Below the pieces are notes generated by a model. The model did no database searches. It was not told the origin of the DNA and worked only from the letters and a program-made list of their open reading frames with translations. From assembly GCA_973895155.1 (NCBI GenBank), contig OZ316895.1, forward strand, positions 12,221,929-12,285,928: a DNA stretch of 64,000 bases. The letters are read 5' to 3'. This document shows positions 21,728 through 32,459 of this stretch, one piece after another. Position 1 is the first letter of the stretch. Every line of letters begins with the position of its first letter. A program made the translations under genes and the position numbers. This DNA comes from Marsupella aquatica. Its lineage: Eukaryota > Plantae > Marchantiophyta.

Positions 21728-24700
21728 CTACTTGTGATGCAATTGCAAAACCTGCAATACGTCACGGTGTCTAGAGAAACTCTCCAAAGGAATCACTTTG
21801 GTAAATGCGTCAGCCGGGTTGAGTTTACCATCAATCTTGACTAGCTCAAACAATTTATCAGACACAGCCTGCCTGATAAAATGGTACCTGACGTCAATGT
21901 GCTTCACTCTGCTGTCCATCACCTGGTTCACAGCAAGGTGGAGCGCACTTTGACTATCACAATGGAGCTTCACATTCCCCTGTGGCAATCCCATTTCAGT
22001 GATAAGTCTATCCAACCAAATCGCTTCCTTTGCTGCTTCCGCAGCTGCAACATACTCTGCTTCTGTAGTAGACTGAGCAATACACTTCTGCAAAGTAGAC
22101 CTCCAACTTATGCATCCACCGCCAAGTGTGAACACGTATCCTGTTGTTGATCTCCTTCGGTCCAAATCTTGTCCATAGTCAGAATCTACATAGCCAATCA
22201 ATGATCTAGCATTCTTTGCATTCGCATCAAATAAAAGACCATGATCCACGGTACCCTTCAAGTACCTGATAATCCACTTCACTGCTTCCCAGTGTACCTT
22301 CCCTGGATTCGACATGTACCTGCTCACCTTGCCCATAGCCATGGCAAGATCAGGTCTAGTGCAAGTCATCAAATACATGAGACTCCCCACTGCCTTGTCA
22401 TATGGAACCTTTGACATCAACCCCTTCTCTGTGTCATCCGTAGGACAGAACGCTGATGATAACTTGAAGTGTGGAGCCAACGGGGTACTTACTGGCTTGC
22501 TATTCTCCATGTTGAACCTTGCAATTACCTTCCTCGCATAACTGCTCTGCGTCAACCATAGCTTGCCAGCCTCCAAGTCCCTAGTGATCTCCATACCCAA
22601 AATCCTCTTAGCTGGCCCTAAGTCCTTCATCTTAAACTCTGCACTAAGCAGTGCCTTGAGCTTAACAATCTCAGACCTATCCTTGGCTGCAATTAGCATG
22701 TCATCCACATAAAGTACTAAAACAATGAACCCAAAGACAACATTCTTCACCGGTTTCAAATACACACAAGGGTCAAATACACTTCTGTGAAAACCTTGTG
22801 ACCGAATCCAATCGTCAAACCGCTTGTTCCACTGTCTTGGTGACTGCTTCAACCCATACAAGGATTTCAGCAATCTGCAAACCAATTCCTCCTGTCCTCT
22901 CTTCACAAAACCTAGCGGTTGTCTCATGAAGATCACCTCTTCCAATGTGCCATAGAGAAAAGCTGTGACAACATCCATCTGATCTAGGAGCAGACCAAAC
23001 ATTACAACAAGTACACACAATAGTCGTATTGTAGAGTACTTAGCAACTGGTGAGAAGACCTCATTGTAATCCACACCTTTCTCTTGTGTGAATCCCTTTG
23101 CTACCAATCTAGCCTTGTAGACCTTCGATCCACCTCCTATGGAATTATCCTTCAGCTTGTAAATCCACTTGCTGTCCACCACTTGCTGACCCTTAGGCAG
23201 CTTAACAAGCTCCCAAGTTTTGTTGTCCTTTAGTGACTGCATCTCTGTTTGCATTGCTGCAGTCCACTTTTGCTTCTCCTTTGAAGCACTTGCCTCATGA
23301 AATGAAGAAGGTTCTCCTTCTTCCAAAATTAACGCATCACCCTCATCATCAGCTGTAAAATCATCCTCTTGCAGTTGAGATGAATCAACCCACTGTCCAT
23401 ACCTTGATGGAGCGCGTACAGTGCGACCAGATGTTCTTCTAGCCGATGACTCCGGTTGATCTGCGTGTGCTGGTACAATTTGAAGCTCAACAGCATCCAC
23501 TTGCTGCTCACCAGCATCAACAAACTCCTCTGGTTCCTCTGGCACAGGAACCAGCTCCATAATTGGAGCAACTCCTTCTCTCCGGTCATGCACCTCATAA
23601 CCAATCTCCCCCTCAACGAGATCCGGGATAGGAGATTTTCTTTTGTCAGTACGGGAGACCTGAGTATTCTCCCCCTCCTTCAATAATCTGGATTCATTGA
23701 AGGAAACATCCCTACTGACAACGAGCTTACAGGCAATAGGATCCCATAGCCTATAGGCTTTCACACCACTCTGGTACCCAAGAAAAACACATTTCCTGGA
23801 GGTAGGATCCAACTTGGTCCTATTCTGCTTTGGTGTGAGAGCATATGCATCACTTCCAAAAATTACCAAACCATGATAGTCTGCTTGCCGCTTATAGCGC
23901 ATCTCAAACGGCGTTTTGAAATTGATAGCACTAGAAGGAGAAAGATTTACCAAATAAGCTGCGGTATTGACAGCTTCTGCCCAAAATTCTTGTGGTAAAC
24001 CTGATTGGCTCAACATACTCCGTGACCGCTCCAACAGTGTCCGATTGAGCCTCTCAGCGACACCATTCTGCTGCGGAGTATAAACTGTGGTGAGATGGCG
24101 AGTTATCCCCTGTTCTGAACAGTACTCTTCAAATTCCATTGAAGTGTACTCCCCGCCGTTGTCTGACCTCAAACTCTTCACCCTTGTATCCAAACACTTG
24201 ATCGTGTTTCCAGTCTGATTCTCCACCTGGGCCTTCCATTTCTTAAAAATGGACAAGACATCAGACTTATGCGTCATGAAATAAATCCACACAAATCTTG
24301 AGTAATCATCAATAAATGATACATAGTACAACTTTCCAGAGTGTGAGGGAGTCGGGGATGGACCCCACACGTCACTATGTATGTACTCAAGAACCGCTTT
24401 GGAACGATGAGTTCCAACACCAAAAGCACGACGATGCTGCTTTCCAAGAATGCAATGCTCACAAAACTCTAATTTACAAGATTGCAAATCAGAAATGAGT
24501 CCATTCTTCCGTAAGATAGCCAAACCCTTCTCACTCATGTGGCCTAGCCGTGAATGCCACAGTTGAGTCATCTCCTCGTGAGACTTGGTTACATTGGCCT
24601 CTCCACATACAGTATTGCCCTGTAACACATACAAATTCTTTTGTCTACTCCCCTTCAAAATCACTGTCTCTCCCGACCTGACTTGAAGTTCACCATCAAT

Positions 24701-25000
24701 AACGCTCCATTGATGACCATTTGAATCCAACACACCGAGTGAAATCAGATTCTTACGCATGCCAGGTACATACCTGACTCCGGACACTGTGCGCACAGCG
24801 CCATCAAACATTTGAATCTTCACAAATCCAATTCCCTCAATTTGACAGGAGTGATCATTTCCCATCAGAACTGAACCGTTTGAAATAGAGTAAGAACTGA
24901 AAAACTCACGAATGTAACAAATATGAAAAGAGCAAGCACAATCAAGAATCCACACATCATCTGCTCTCCTAGATGACGTGCACAGGGCATACCCCCGGCT
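21728..25000 (-). CDS. pol: Copia Pol (protease, GAG-pre-integrase, integrase, reverse transcriptase, RNase H), open in the gag frame directly after the gag UGA
   Basis: WILDCACSFH (PR), LWHSRLGH..CEHC, HSDVWGP, SDNGGEY, PQQNGVAER (IN), KARLVAKG, QMDVVTAFLYG, LYVDDM (RT), YVDSDY, EAEY, CDSQSA, KHIDVRYHFIR (RH). No internal stops. Confidence 0.95.
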   Translation of the reverse strand, partial: SRGYALCTSSRRADDVWILDCACSFHICYIREFFSSYSISNGSVLMGNDHSCQIEGIGFVKIQMFDGAVRTVSGVRYVPGMRKNLISLGVLDSNGHQWSVIDGELQVRSGETVILKGSRQKNLYVLQGNTVCGEANVTKSHEEMTQLWHSRLGHMSEKGLAILRKNGLISDLQSCKLEFCEHCILGKQHRRAFGVGTHRSKAVLEYIHSDVWGPSPTPSHSGKLYYVSFIDDYSRFVWIYFMTHKSDVLSIFKKWKAQVENQTGNTIKCLDTRVKSLRSDNGGEYTSMEFEEYCSEQGITRHLTTVYTPQQNGVAERLNRTLLERSRSMLSQSGLPQEFWAEAVNTAAYLVNLSPSSAINFKTPFEMRYKRQADYHGLVIFGSDAYALTPKQNRTKLDPTSRKCVFLGYQSGVKAYRLWDPIACKLVVSRDVSFNESRLLKEGENTQVSRTDKRKSPIPDLVEGEIGYEVHDRREGVAPIMELVPVPEEPEEFVDAGEQQVDAVELQIVPAHADQPESSARRTSGRTVRAPSRYGQWVDSSQLQEDDFTADDEGDALILEEGEPSSFHEASASKEKQKWTAAMQTEMQSLKDNKTWELVKLPKGQQVVDSKWIYKLKDNSIGGGSKVYKARLVAKGFTQEKGVDYNEVFSPVAKYSTIRLLCVLVVMFGLLLDQMDVVTAFLYGTLEEVIFMRQPLGFVKRGQEELVCRLLKSLYGLKQSPRQWNKRFDDWIRSQGFHRSVFDPCVYLKPVKNVVFGFIVLVLYVDDMLIAAKDRSEIVKLKALLSAEFKMKDLGPAKRILGMEITRDLEAGKLWLTQSSYARKVIARFNMENSKPVSTPLAPHFKLSSAFCPTDDTEKGLMSKVPYDKAVGSLMYLMTCTRPDLAMAMGKVSRYMSNPGKVHWEAVKWIIRYLKGTVDHGLLFDANAKNARSLIGYVDSDYGQDLDRRRSTTGYVFTLGGGCISWRSTLQKCIAQSTTEAEYVAAAEAAKEAIWLDRLITEMGLPQGNVKLHCDSQSALHLAVNQVMDSRVKHIDVRYHFIRQAVSDKLFELVKIDGKLNPADAFTKVIPLESFSRHRDVLQVLQLHHK

Positions 25001-26035
25001 TCATAAAACATACTCATCATTGAGTAAATCAGCTTCTCCATCAGCCCTAGCCACATTTGCCGATGAAGTTTCCGCTGCCTTTCCCTTACAGTCTCGCTTG
25101 AAGTGTCCAACTTGGTTGCACTTCCAACATGTCACCTGCCTCCTCTGAGGGGATTTACCCTTGGACTTAGATCTGGATTTAGATCTAAACTGGGTTCTAC
25201 GGTCCCCAGTTGGTCGCTGCATACTCCTCCCACGGTTAACATTGAGGGCAACACCAGATGATGAAGGCTGTGACGTGATGTGCATCTTCTGCTGAAGATC
25301 ATCACTAAGCAGAGAACTTACCACGTCATTGTATGAAATGGTATCCCTATCACGATGCAACAACACTCGTGATAGGGACTGGTAAGATGGAGGCAATGAA
25401 CTAAGAAGCTGCAGAGCCTTCGTCTCATCATTCAAAGTCTCCCCAAGGTTTTCCAAGTCAACGACCATGTCGTTGAAAGCATCCACATGGTCTTGCAACT
25501 TCGTACCAGATTCCTTCATCCTGAAACTCATCAGTTTGTAGGAAGTGTAGAGCCGGTTCGACAACTCCTTGCGGTGATACTTGCTCTGCAATTCCGCAAA
25601 TAAGGACATGCAATCCTTATGTGCACCCAACTGCTTGATGATGGGAGGCATGAGATAGAGTGTAACACACCACACTCCCTGCTCCTGCATGCGGTCCCAT
25701 TGTTTCTCATCAACATCGTCTTCACGAGGGCTCAGCAGTTGGCCCATCCCTGACGCATAAAGCACTCCCTTCACCTGCTTCTCCCATAGCAAGTAGTCAG
25801 AGCGCCCATCATACTTTGTCACTTCATACTTGGGTCCCCCAAGCTTGAAAGTCCCCATCTTCTTCTTTACCGTGAGCTCCGGTAGTAGTACTGCTTCCTC
25901 CACCACACGCCGCACCGGTGATGGTATCGGTGTCACGTGCTCTTCCTCCTGCTCCTCTCTCTGCCCCTGAAACCTCCGCGGTGACCCTCGTGCTTCAAGT
26001 TCCACGTCTTCGAAAAACTCCTCCGAATCACTCAT
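25001..26035 (-). CDS. gag: Copia Gag with CCHC zinc knuckle
   Basis: KYEVTKYDG..DYLLWEKQV, LLSSLPPSY and CWKCNQVGHFKRDC. Ends at TGA 25003-25001. Confidence 0.93.
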   Translation of the reverse strand: MSDSEEFFEDVELEARGSPRRFQGQREEQEEEHVTPIPSPVRRVVEEAVLLPELTVKKKMGTFKLGGPKYEVTKYDGRSDYLLWEKQVKGVLYASGMGQLLSPREDDVDEKQWDRMQEQGVWCVTLYLMPPIIKQLGAHKDCMSLFAELQSKYHRKELSNRLYTSYKLMSFRMKESGTKLQDHVDAFNDMVVDLENLGETLNDETKALQLLSSLPPSYQSLSRVLLHRDRDTISYNDVVSSLLSDDLQQKMHITSQPSSSGVALNVNRGRSMQRPTGDRRTQFRSKSRSKSKGKSPQRRQVTCWKCNQVGHFKRDCKGKAAETSSANVARADGEADLLNDEYVL

Positions 26036-27175
26036 ATGAGAAAATCACAAAAAATGTTGTTTTTCACAACTTCTCAAAAAACTCGAAACTCAACACCGCC
26101 GCGTAGCCCACAAAGCTAGGAGTCCAATACTGAAAACCGAAATCAAAATCGAAATTTGACGGAAAAGTTATTCAAATTTCGGTCGAGGTGGGTAAAACCT
26201 TGGGAAACTCCCCCGTTTTGACCACCTCAGGGAATAACCGAAATACCAAGTACAACCCGTTGTCGGAATTGCGATGTGATTGGTGCGCTGCATTGCCAAC
26301 TTCAATGGCTACGACCTCGCCGAAAAATAACCAAAAAAGTTACCGTTCGGCGGATGAAATCTTTGTCGGACGGTCAAAAAATAGCTCTCTGGTTTTTTGG
26401 AATATTCTATGACCCTTGTACAGGCCCTGTGGGAATTTTGGAAGAACAATCGAGGGGCTGACATGTGTCCTCGAACCCCCAAAACCCCCTACCACCCTTC
26501 GTCGTCGAAATCTGGTCGCGCGCGCAGAAAATACACACGGCAGAATGTACCCCTCGACACCAAACGCAAGATATCTCACTCGGGTTTTGACTAAATCAAG
26601 ATCCGATTTCAGATTTGGAAACTAGACTCCGAGGCGATGAAGATCGATATAAGAAGCACCCAAAACGAGGAAAGAACGAGGGAGAAAAAAATTGGTAAAG
26701 ATGACAGATTTCTCTCAATTGCCATAGCCAATTTCGAATCAGTTTTTCAAAGAGAAAAAAATGGTACCTTGTCAACAACGAATGTTGATCAATTGCACTT
26801 GGTGTCGTCACCAAGTCCAACAAGGTAATTGATTTTGCTTAGCCTTCCTCTTTGCATCAAAGAGCCAATCCCGGACTCAAAAACAATCGTCTTGCCTCAA
26901 TCTCTCCGTTGAGTCAAAACACTTGACGCTTCTCCCTCCGAGTCGATTGCCAACTTTCTTCACAAAATCCAGAACGACGAAAACTTAGATCTCTCTGCAC
27001 CACGAGCTCCGTTCAACGATTTCTTCACACCGTTAGAAAGCTCTTGCCCTGATCTATCCGTTGAGCCCATAAACTCCAAGTTCCATGCGATGGAACTCTG
27101 GAAAATCCACCAACACTCAACGCTGGAAAAACCGTCATGAAATCCCGTCACGAACACACGTCACCTCCCAAGCAT

Positions 27176-27187
27176 GCTCTGATACCA
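27176..27187 (-). other. Primer-binding site complementary to initiator tRNA-Met
   Basis: TGGTATCAGAGC on the minus strand, 2 nt inside the 5' LTR boundary. Confidence 0.93.
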
Positions 27188-27189
27188 AT

Positions 27190-27592
27190 TGTTGAGCATA
27201 GACGACGATCGCAACGGCAAGCCCATGAACCATCCAACGCACAATAGTCGACACAAGAGATACGTGGTTCACCTCCTTGAGGCTACGTCCACGGGAACAC
27301 ACAAGAGAGCTTTACTGAACTCTAAGCCCGTCGGCTATACCGAGTCTCCACAGTGTAAGCTCTCCCTATCTCTCAAGTGGCTCCATAACAATGAGCCTTG
27401 GTTCTACCTCTCCAAGCACACATGCCTCTTATGATATAGTGTGCAACTTAGTTGTACCTAACCACATAGTTGTACCTAACCACATAGTTGTACCTAATCA
27501 CGTAGTTGTACCTAACCACATAGTTGTACCAACCCACATTGTTGTACCAACCACGTCATACCTAACCTAGACGTAAGAGTAAATACCCAACA
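27190..27592 (-). repeat. 5' LTR of the copia element, with an 18-bp tandem array in U3
   Basis: Matches 21134-21536. Contains about 6 copies of TAGTTGTACCTAACCACA. Confidence 0.97.
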
Positions 27593-27632
27593 GTAGTCCT
27601 ATAAAATTCGAGAGAGTCGCAGGTTCTCAAAC

Positions 27633-27798
27633 ACACCCATGTTCTTACTTTGATTGTGCTTGGGACTGTTGTGGTTTGGGACAATGGTCATGACTGGTGG
27701 GGCCAGTCACACCCGCACACCCATTTTCTTACTTTGATTGTGCTTGGGACTTTTGTGGTTTGGGACAATGGTCATGACTGGTTGGGCCAGTCACCCCC
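27633..27798. repeat. 84-bp tandem duplication
   Basis: CACCCAT.TTCTTACTTTGATTGTGCTTGGGACT.TTGTGGTTTGGGACAATGGTCATGACTGGT.GGGCCAGTCAC occurs twice. Confidence 0.9.
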
Positions 27799-28225
27799 CC
27801 GGAAATGTAAGAGGCCTCTATTTTGCAGGAAACACAACAACATACTGTGTGCCACCAAATCCACTCAATTTTCAGTACCCAAAAAAACAATTGCCGTGCT
27901 CACGAGTGCCTCATTGGCCTCCAGTGAGGGGCCAATTGTTTTTATGTATGAGACGCCCTAGTGTATACATAAGGTGGGGTAACACAATGCTTTGCTTATA
28001 TACCATAATGCACTCTGAACAGGACTTTAGTTTGTACAAAGAAAGGACGGTGACATGGGGGCGTCCTCTGCATTTGTTGGGGGACAGCGCGCTCGCTGTG
28101 TGCGAGAGTTCGGGTGTGTCCCAAACGCGAGGAGAGAGACGAAAGAGTTCTTCGTGTGTGAACAGTTTTGCTTCTTCTTTCTTCTCCTCCATTCCACCAT
28201 CAGAAGAGAAATCGGAGGGGCCAGG

Positions 28226-28296
28226 GGAGGAGAGGAGAGGAGAGGAGAGGCGAGGCGAGGCGAGGCGAGGCGAGGGGAGGAGAGGAGAGGAGGCGA
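28226..28296. repeat. Compound (GGAGA)n/(GGCGA)n microsatellite in the IDH leader region
   Basis: Pentanucleotide runs are visible directly. Confidence 0.85.
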
Positions 28297-28479
28297 GATG
28301 GAGTGCAGAACAACAGAACAAAGTGGCGTCGAGCGACGGTAATGTTGTTCAGTTTGAGCAGGAATTGGGTCCCGTTTGTTTCGGATCATCGGACTCGAGA
28401 ATTGGGCTGGGCTGGGTGGAGCAGGGCGACAGTCGGTTTGATTAGTTCGGTAGAGAGCAGAGGTTGACCACAGCAGAGG

Positions 28480-31400
28480 ATGGCGAAGACGAGAGTGGCA
28501 TCTTTGGCTCGCCAATTCTCGCAGCTCAGATCTGCGTACCAACTTCTGGAGCAGCCGAACAGGACGATCTCCCGACGGCAAAATGGGCAGCAGCAGCGGT
28601 CCATCACGTACATGCCCCGACCGGGCGATGGAGCAGCCAGGGCCGTAACGCTGATTCCAGGAGATGGCATTGGGCCCCTGGTGACCGGAGCTGTCGTGGA
28701 AGTCATGAAGGCCATGCACGCCCCCGTCTATTTTGAGACCTACGAGGTTTCCGGCAAAATGTTAAAGGTGCCAGAGGAGGTTTTTGAATCCATTAGGAAA
28801 AATAAGGTCTGCTTGAAAGGTGGTCTCGCAACCCCGGTCGGAGGAGGAGTCAGCTCTCTCAACGTCCAGTTGAGAAAGGAATTAGATTTGTTTGCTTCTC
28901 TGGTGCACTGTTTCAACCTTCCGGGACTGAAGACACGACATGACGACGTCGACATTGTGGTCATTCGAGAGAACACGGAGGGGGAGTACTCTGGACTGGA
29001 GCATGAGGTGGTACCTGGGGTTGTGGAGAGTCTTAAGGTACGGACGGATCTCCTTCATTTGGTTGTATGTGTTTCATAGCAGAATTCAGGATTCATTCAG
29101 GTTTGAGATTTGGAGAAATCGTGCGTAGTGGACGTCGTAAGGTTGCCAAAGGATAAGTGTTGGCGTCCAGGGTTGTCGCTGGTAGTTCAACACAAGGTTG
29201 ACTGAAGAGAGCCAAGGACATGGGATTCGACTATTGTAGCAAATCCTGCTCTAAATGTTGCGGCGTATTCACCTGAGACCACTTCCATGTTGTCAGTTCT
29301 TGCCCTTGTCTTCCCTATGCCCAGCTACATTACTGGCAAAAGTCTTTCACTCTTGCCCTGGTGGCATTTGACTAGGCGCTACTATGGGATCTAGTTGCAT
29401 AGCCTTGTCTACATTTGCAAAACGGGGGTTTGAGTTCAGCATATCTCAAGAAGTTGGTCAATGCCAGACTTAAGAGCGAATCCATGCCATCCTCTTGCAA
29501 CTGTGTAATCTTGACTCAGTAGATGGAAAATTTGGGACAAGTTGTAAGCACTTAGGAATGCTTGACCTACCTTGCGTTGACTTGACTGACTTCTTTTGAA
29601 GGCATGTTTTGTGCGTCATACTAGATGTGAAATGGCATCTTCCGCAACTGTTTATTGGTTATTTCTATATCTGTCCTCGTAATGAGTGTAATGAGATCGA
29701 GTAAGTGCTGCTGGAATTTCTTGCAGAGCCTGGTCAGTTGCAAGTGACGGTCTGCCTGGCCTCTTCCACTGATGGACTGTGTCTTCTATTTGCTCAACCT
29801 GACTTAATTATTCTCGTAGGTGATCACGAAGTTCTGCTCAGAGCGTATCGCAAAGTATGCATTTGAGTATGCATACCTCAACAACAGGAAAACAGTGACA
29901 GCTGTTCACAAGGCCAACATTATGAAGCTAGCGGATGGGTTGTTTTTGGAATCATGCCGAGAGATTGCAAAAAACTATCCTGGTATCAAGTACAATGAAG
30001 TGATCGTTGACAATTGCTGCATGCAGCTCGTCTCCAAACCACAGCAGTTTGATGTCATGGTATGTCGTTATCTTCGAGGCAGCAGTTCTAGGTAGACTTG
30101 TGTTGCTTGCGTATTTAACTCGATTTCATGTTGCACTCTCCCCAAAGGTCCCTCACTGATGAGGAAAATGAATATCATATCCTGCTTCGTGCATTCCGTA
30201 TGCATATCATCTAGCTTATTGTACATTCTCCATCTCAGATAGTCATTCATGTGTCAAACATCTGAAGGTCATTCATTTTCTTTTTGTAGTTTAACTTTAG
30301 TCATTCTGTACTACGGTCATTATAGTTTGTGACTATATAACTCCTCCCAGTTAGTCTCCTCCCGCCTATCTTCCCCTTATTTTTGCTTTTCAATGACGGT
30401 GGTTTTACTCATTTAGGTTATTGTTTGAGAAATTGTCTGCAGTCAAAAAGTTTTGATACATTCCTTTGCTTCATGACAATCTAATATGTTGGACCCATTT
30501 GCCCTTCTTTGTCGTGCGTTGAAAAATGTGTTTCGCATTTGCAAAGTCATGATCAGTCAATTGAAACATACTAGGTTGTTTCCATCTGGCTTCCCTAATT
30601 TTGGACCCGTGCTTGGCCCTACACATCATGGTCTACTGCTCTTGTACTGTCTATTAGGACCTCTTAACCTTTTGCATGTGCCTATGTGACTAGCATGTCC
30701 TGTTGGTATTTATCTTGTTGTTCTGATTGGACAGGTTACACCCAATTTGTATGGAACATTAGTGGCAAACACTGCTGCTGGCATCGCGGGTGGCACAGGT
30801 GTGATGCCTGGAGGTATGTTATCTGAAGAAGAGCCTCAGGTTCCCTTGTCTAACTTTAGAGTTTTTCAATCATGCGCCGACCTCCGGAAGACTAATTTTA
30901 CGTAATCATTCCGGATGATAACCTGAGACAGATCTGGGAAATTTAAGTATGATTTTAACGATCACAGCTGTTACCATCGGTCCCCTCCATGTTTTGGCTG
31001 ACGTTTCCTTATTGTTCTCGGTAGAAGACCTTGGCTGGGACTGAGCCTCTATGAAGGTCTTTTAACTCTTAGCATACGTATCTTGACGTATACGTATATC
31101 ATTTTATCAGCCTCGTGTGGGCGGCAACCTTGCATCTCCTTAGAGGTTGCATCAGGTGGCTCCGCCCTCCAGGTCATTGTAACTTGATAGAAAAGCATGT
31201 AGACGTGGAGATAACATAGATTCCGAACTCGTTCCCTTGATATTCTGAAAAGGTGGTCTCTTGAAGTACTGCGGAATCTTTCTAACGTGAGTATAGATGT
31301 TCGCTTCTGTTTGGTATGAGTACTTTTGTTGTTTAGGGCTCATGCCATGACTTGTAATGGTCTACAGGAAATGTTGGAGCTGAGCATGCAATTTTTGAGC

Positions 31401-31642
31401 AAGGAGCATCCGCGGGAAATGTGGGAAATGAGAAGCTAGTTCAGCAAAAAACCGCCAATCCTATAGCAATTCTGCTTTCGTCAGCCATGATGTTAAGGCA
31501 TCTTCAGTTCCCTTCATTTGCAGATAGGCTAGAGAAGGCCATCATGGCAGTTGTTGCTGAGGGGGAGTTTCGTACAAAAGACATTGGAGGGACAAGTAGC
31601 ACACAGGAGGTTACGAATGCTGTTCTGGAGAAATTGGTGTGA
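28480..31642 (+). CDS. IDH1: Mitochondrial NAD-dependent isocitrate dehydrogenase, regulatory subunit (IDH1-type), 383 aa, 4 exons
   Basis: Exons 28480-29037, 29820-30059, 30735-30813, 31368-31642 (1152 nt). Motifs [80 protein letters not shown] and [17 protein letters not shown]. Arg/Ser-rich presequence. Confidence 0.96.
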
Positions 31643-32420
31643 TTTTCATCTACATTTGTACAGCATTGCTGGTGTTTCTTTCACTTGCTGGGATATATTG
31701 AATGGATCATGTGTTATTTAACGTTCTTTCCGAAAGCCGTAATTAGGGTATTTCTGAGGTGACACATGAGATTCGTTGGTCAGTAATCGTTTATTAGCTA
31801 CCACGTCACAAGAGCAGAACAATCCATCTTGAAGAATGAGTTCAATTCTTGGCGTCAGTATTATATGGTGGTACAGCTGAAGCAGACTGCTTTTACTTTT
31901 TGGCTTCAAAGTACTCTGCCGGGACAGCAGCATGCTTCTGCGAATAATTGCTGGGAGTATTGTGGGTGTTGAGCTCACTTTATGCTTATTACCAGTAATC
32001 TAGACAAGCTGAGCCTGCTTGAGAGGGAAACTCAAAATTGTAGGTTGTCCATGTTGACAAATGTATTGATACCTCAAATCTCTTTTTTAAGATAAGTTTA
32101 TTTCAGCCGTCGCTATCGTGCACTGTCAAATCTTTGTTGGATGTACCAAATAGGCCCGAATTATTCCATTTTGACTGCTTTTTGACTTGTGAAATCCTTC
32201 AGTCTACTGTCTAAAGGGCAGATGTCTGAAGGTATGAATTTGATGGAATGTTTCCGGAAGGAAGAATTATGCGTGCATCCACATTTCACAGGAGCAAATG
32301 TTCAGTAAGGAATCGATTAGCTCTATTTACTAGAGCTGTACGCAGCAGATTCGAACCATTCTCTTACAAGAGAACCTCAGGATATCCAATCATGGAAGAT
32401 TGTAATAGTACTTCCAGCCT

Positions 32421-32459
32421 CAGTTCAGTTCAGTTCAGTTCAGTTCAGTTCAGTTCAGT
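32421..32459. repeat. (CAGTT)n microsatellite
   Basis: About 7-8 units. Confidence 0.88.

Larger units (their letters stand above)
21134..27592 (-). mobile_element. Full-length young Ty1/copia LTR retrotransposon (Tnt1/Tork-like)
   Basis: Two 403-bp LTRs (TGTTG...CAACA), 5-bp TSD GTAGT (21129-21133 and 27593-27597), PBS, PPT, and gag followed by PR-IN-RT-RH order. Confidence 0.98.

Noticed and set aside
24865-25110. Frameshift between gag and pol via the overlapping ORF
   Set aside because: gag and pol are in the same frame (offset 1080 nt). The overlapping ORF is incidental.
27738-28719. Long ORFs overlapping the IDH 5' region
   Set aside because: Kept open by GA-rich microsatellites and GC-rich antisense sequence. 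Low-complexity products.
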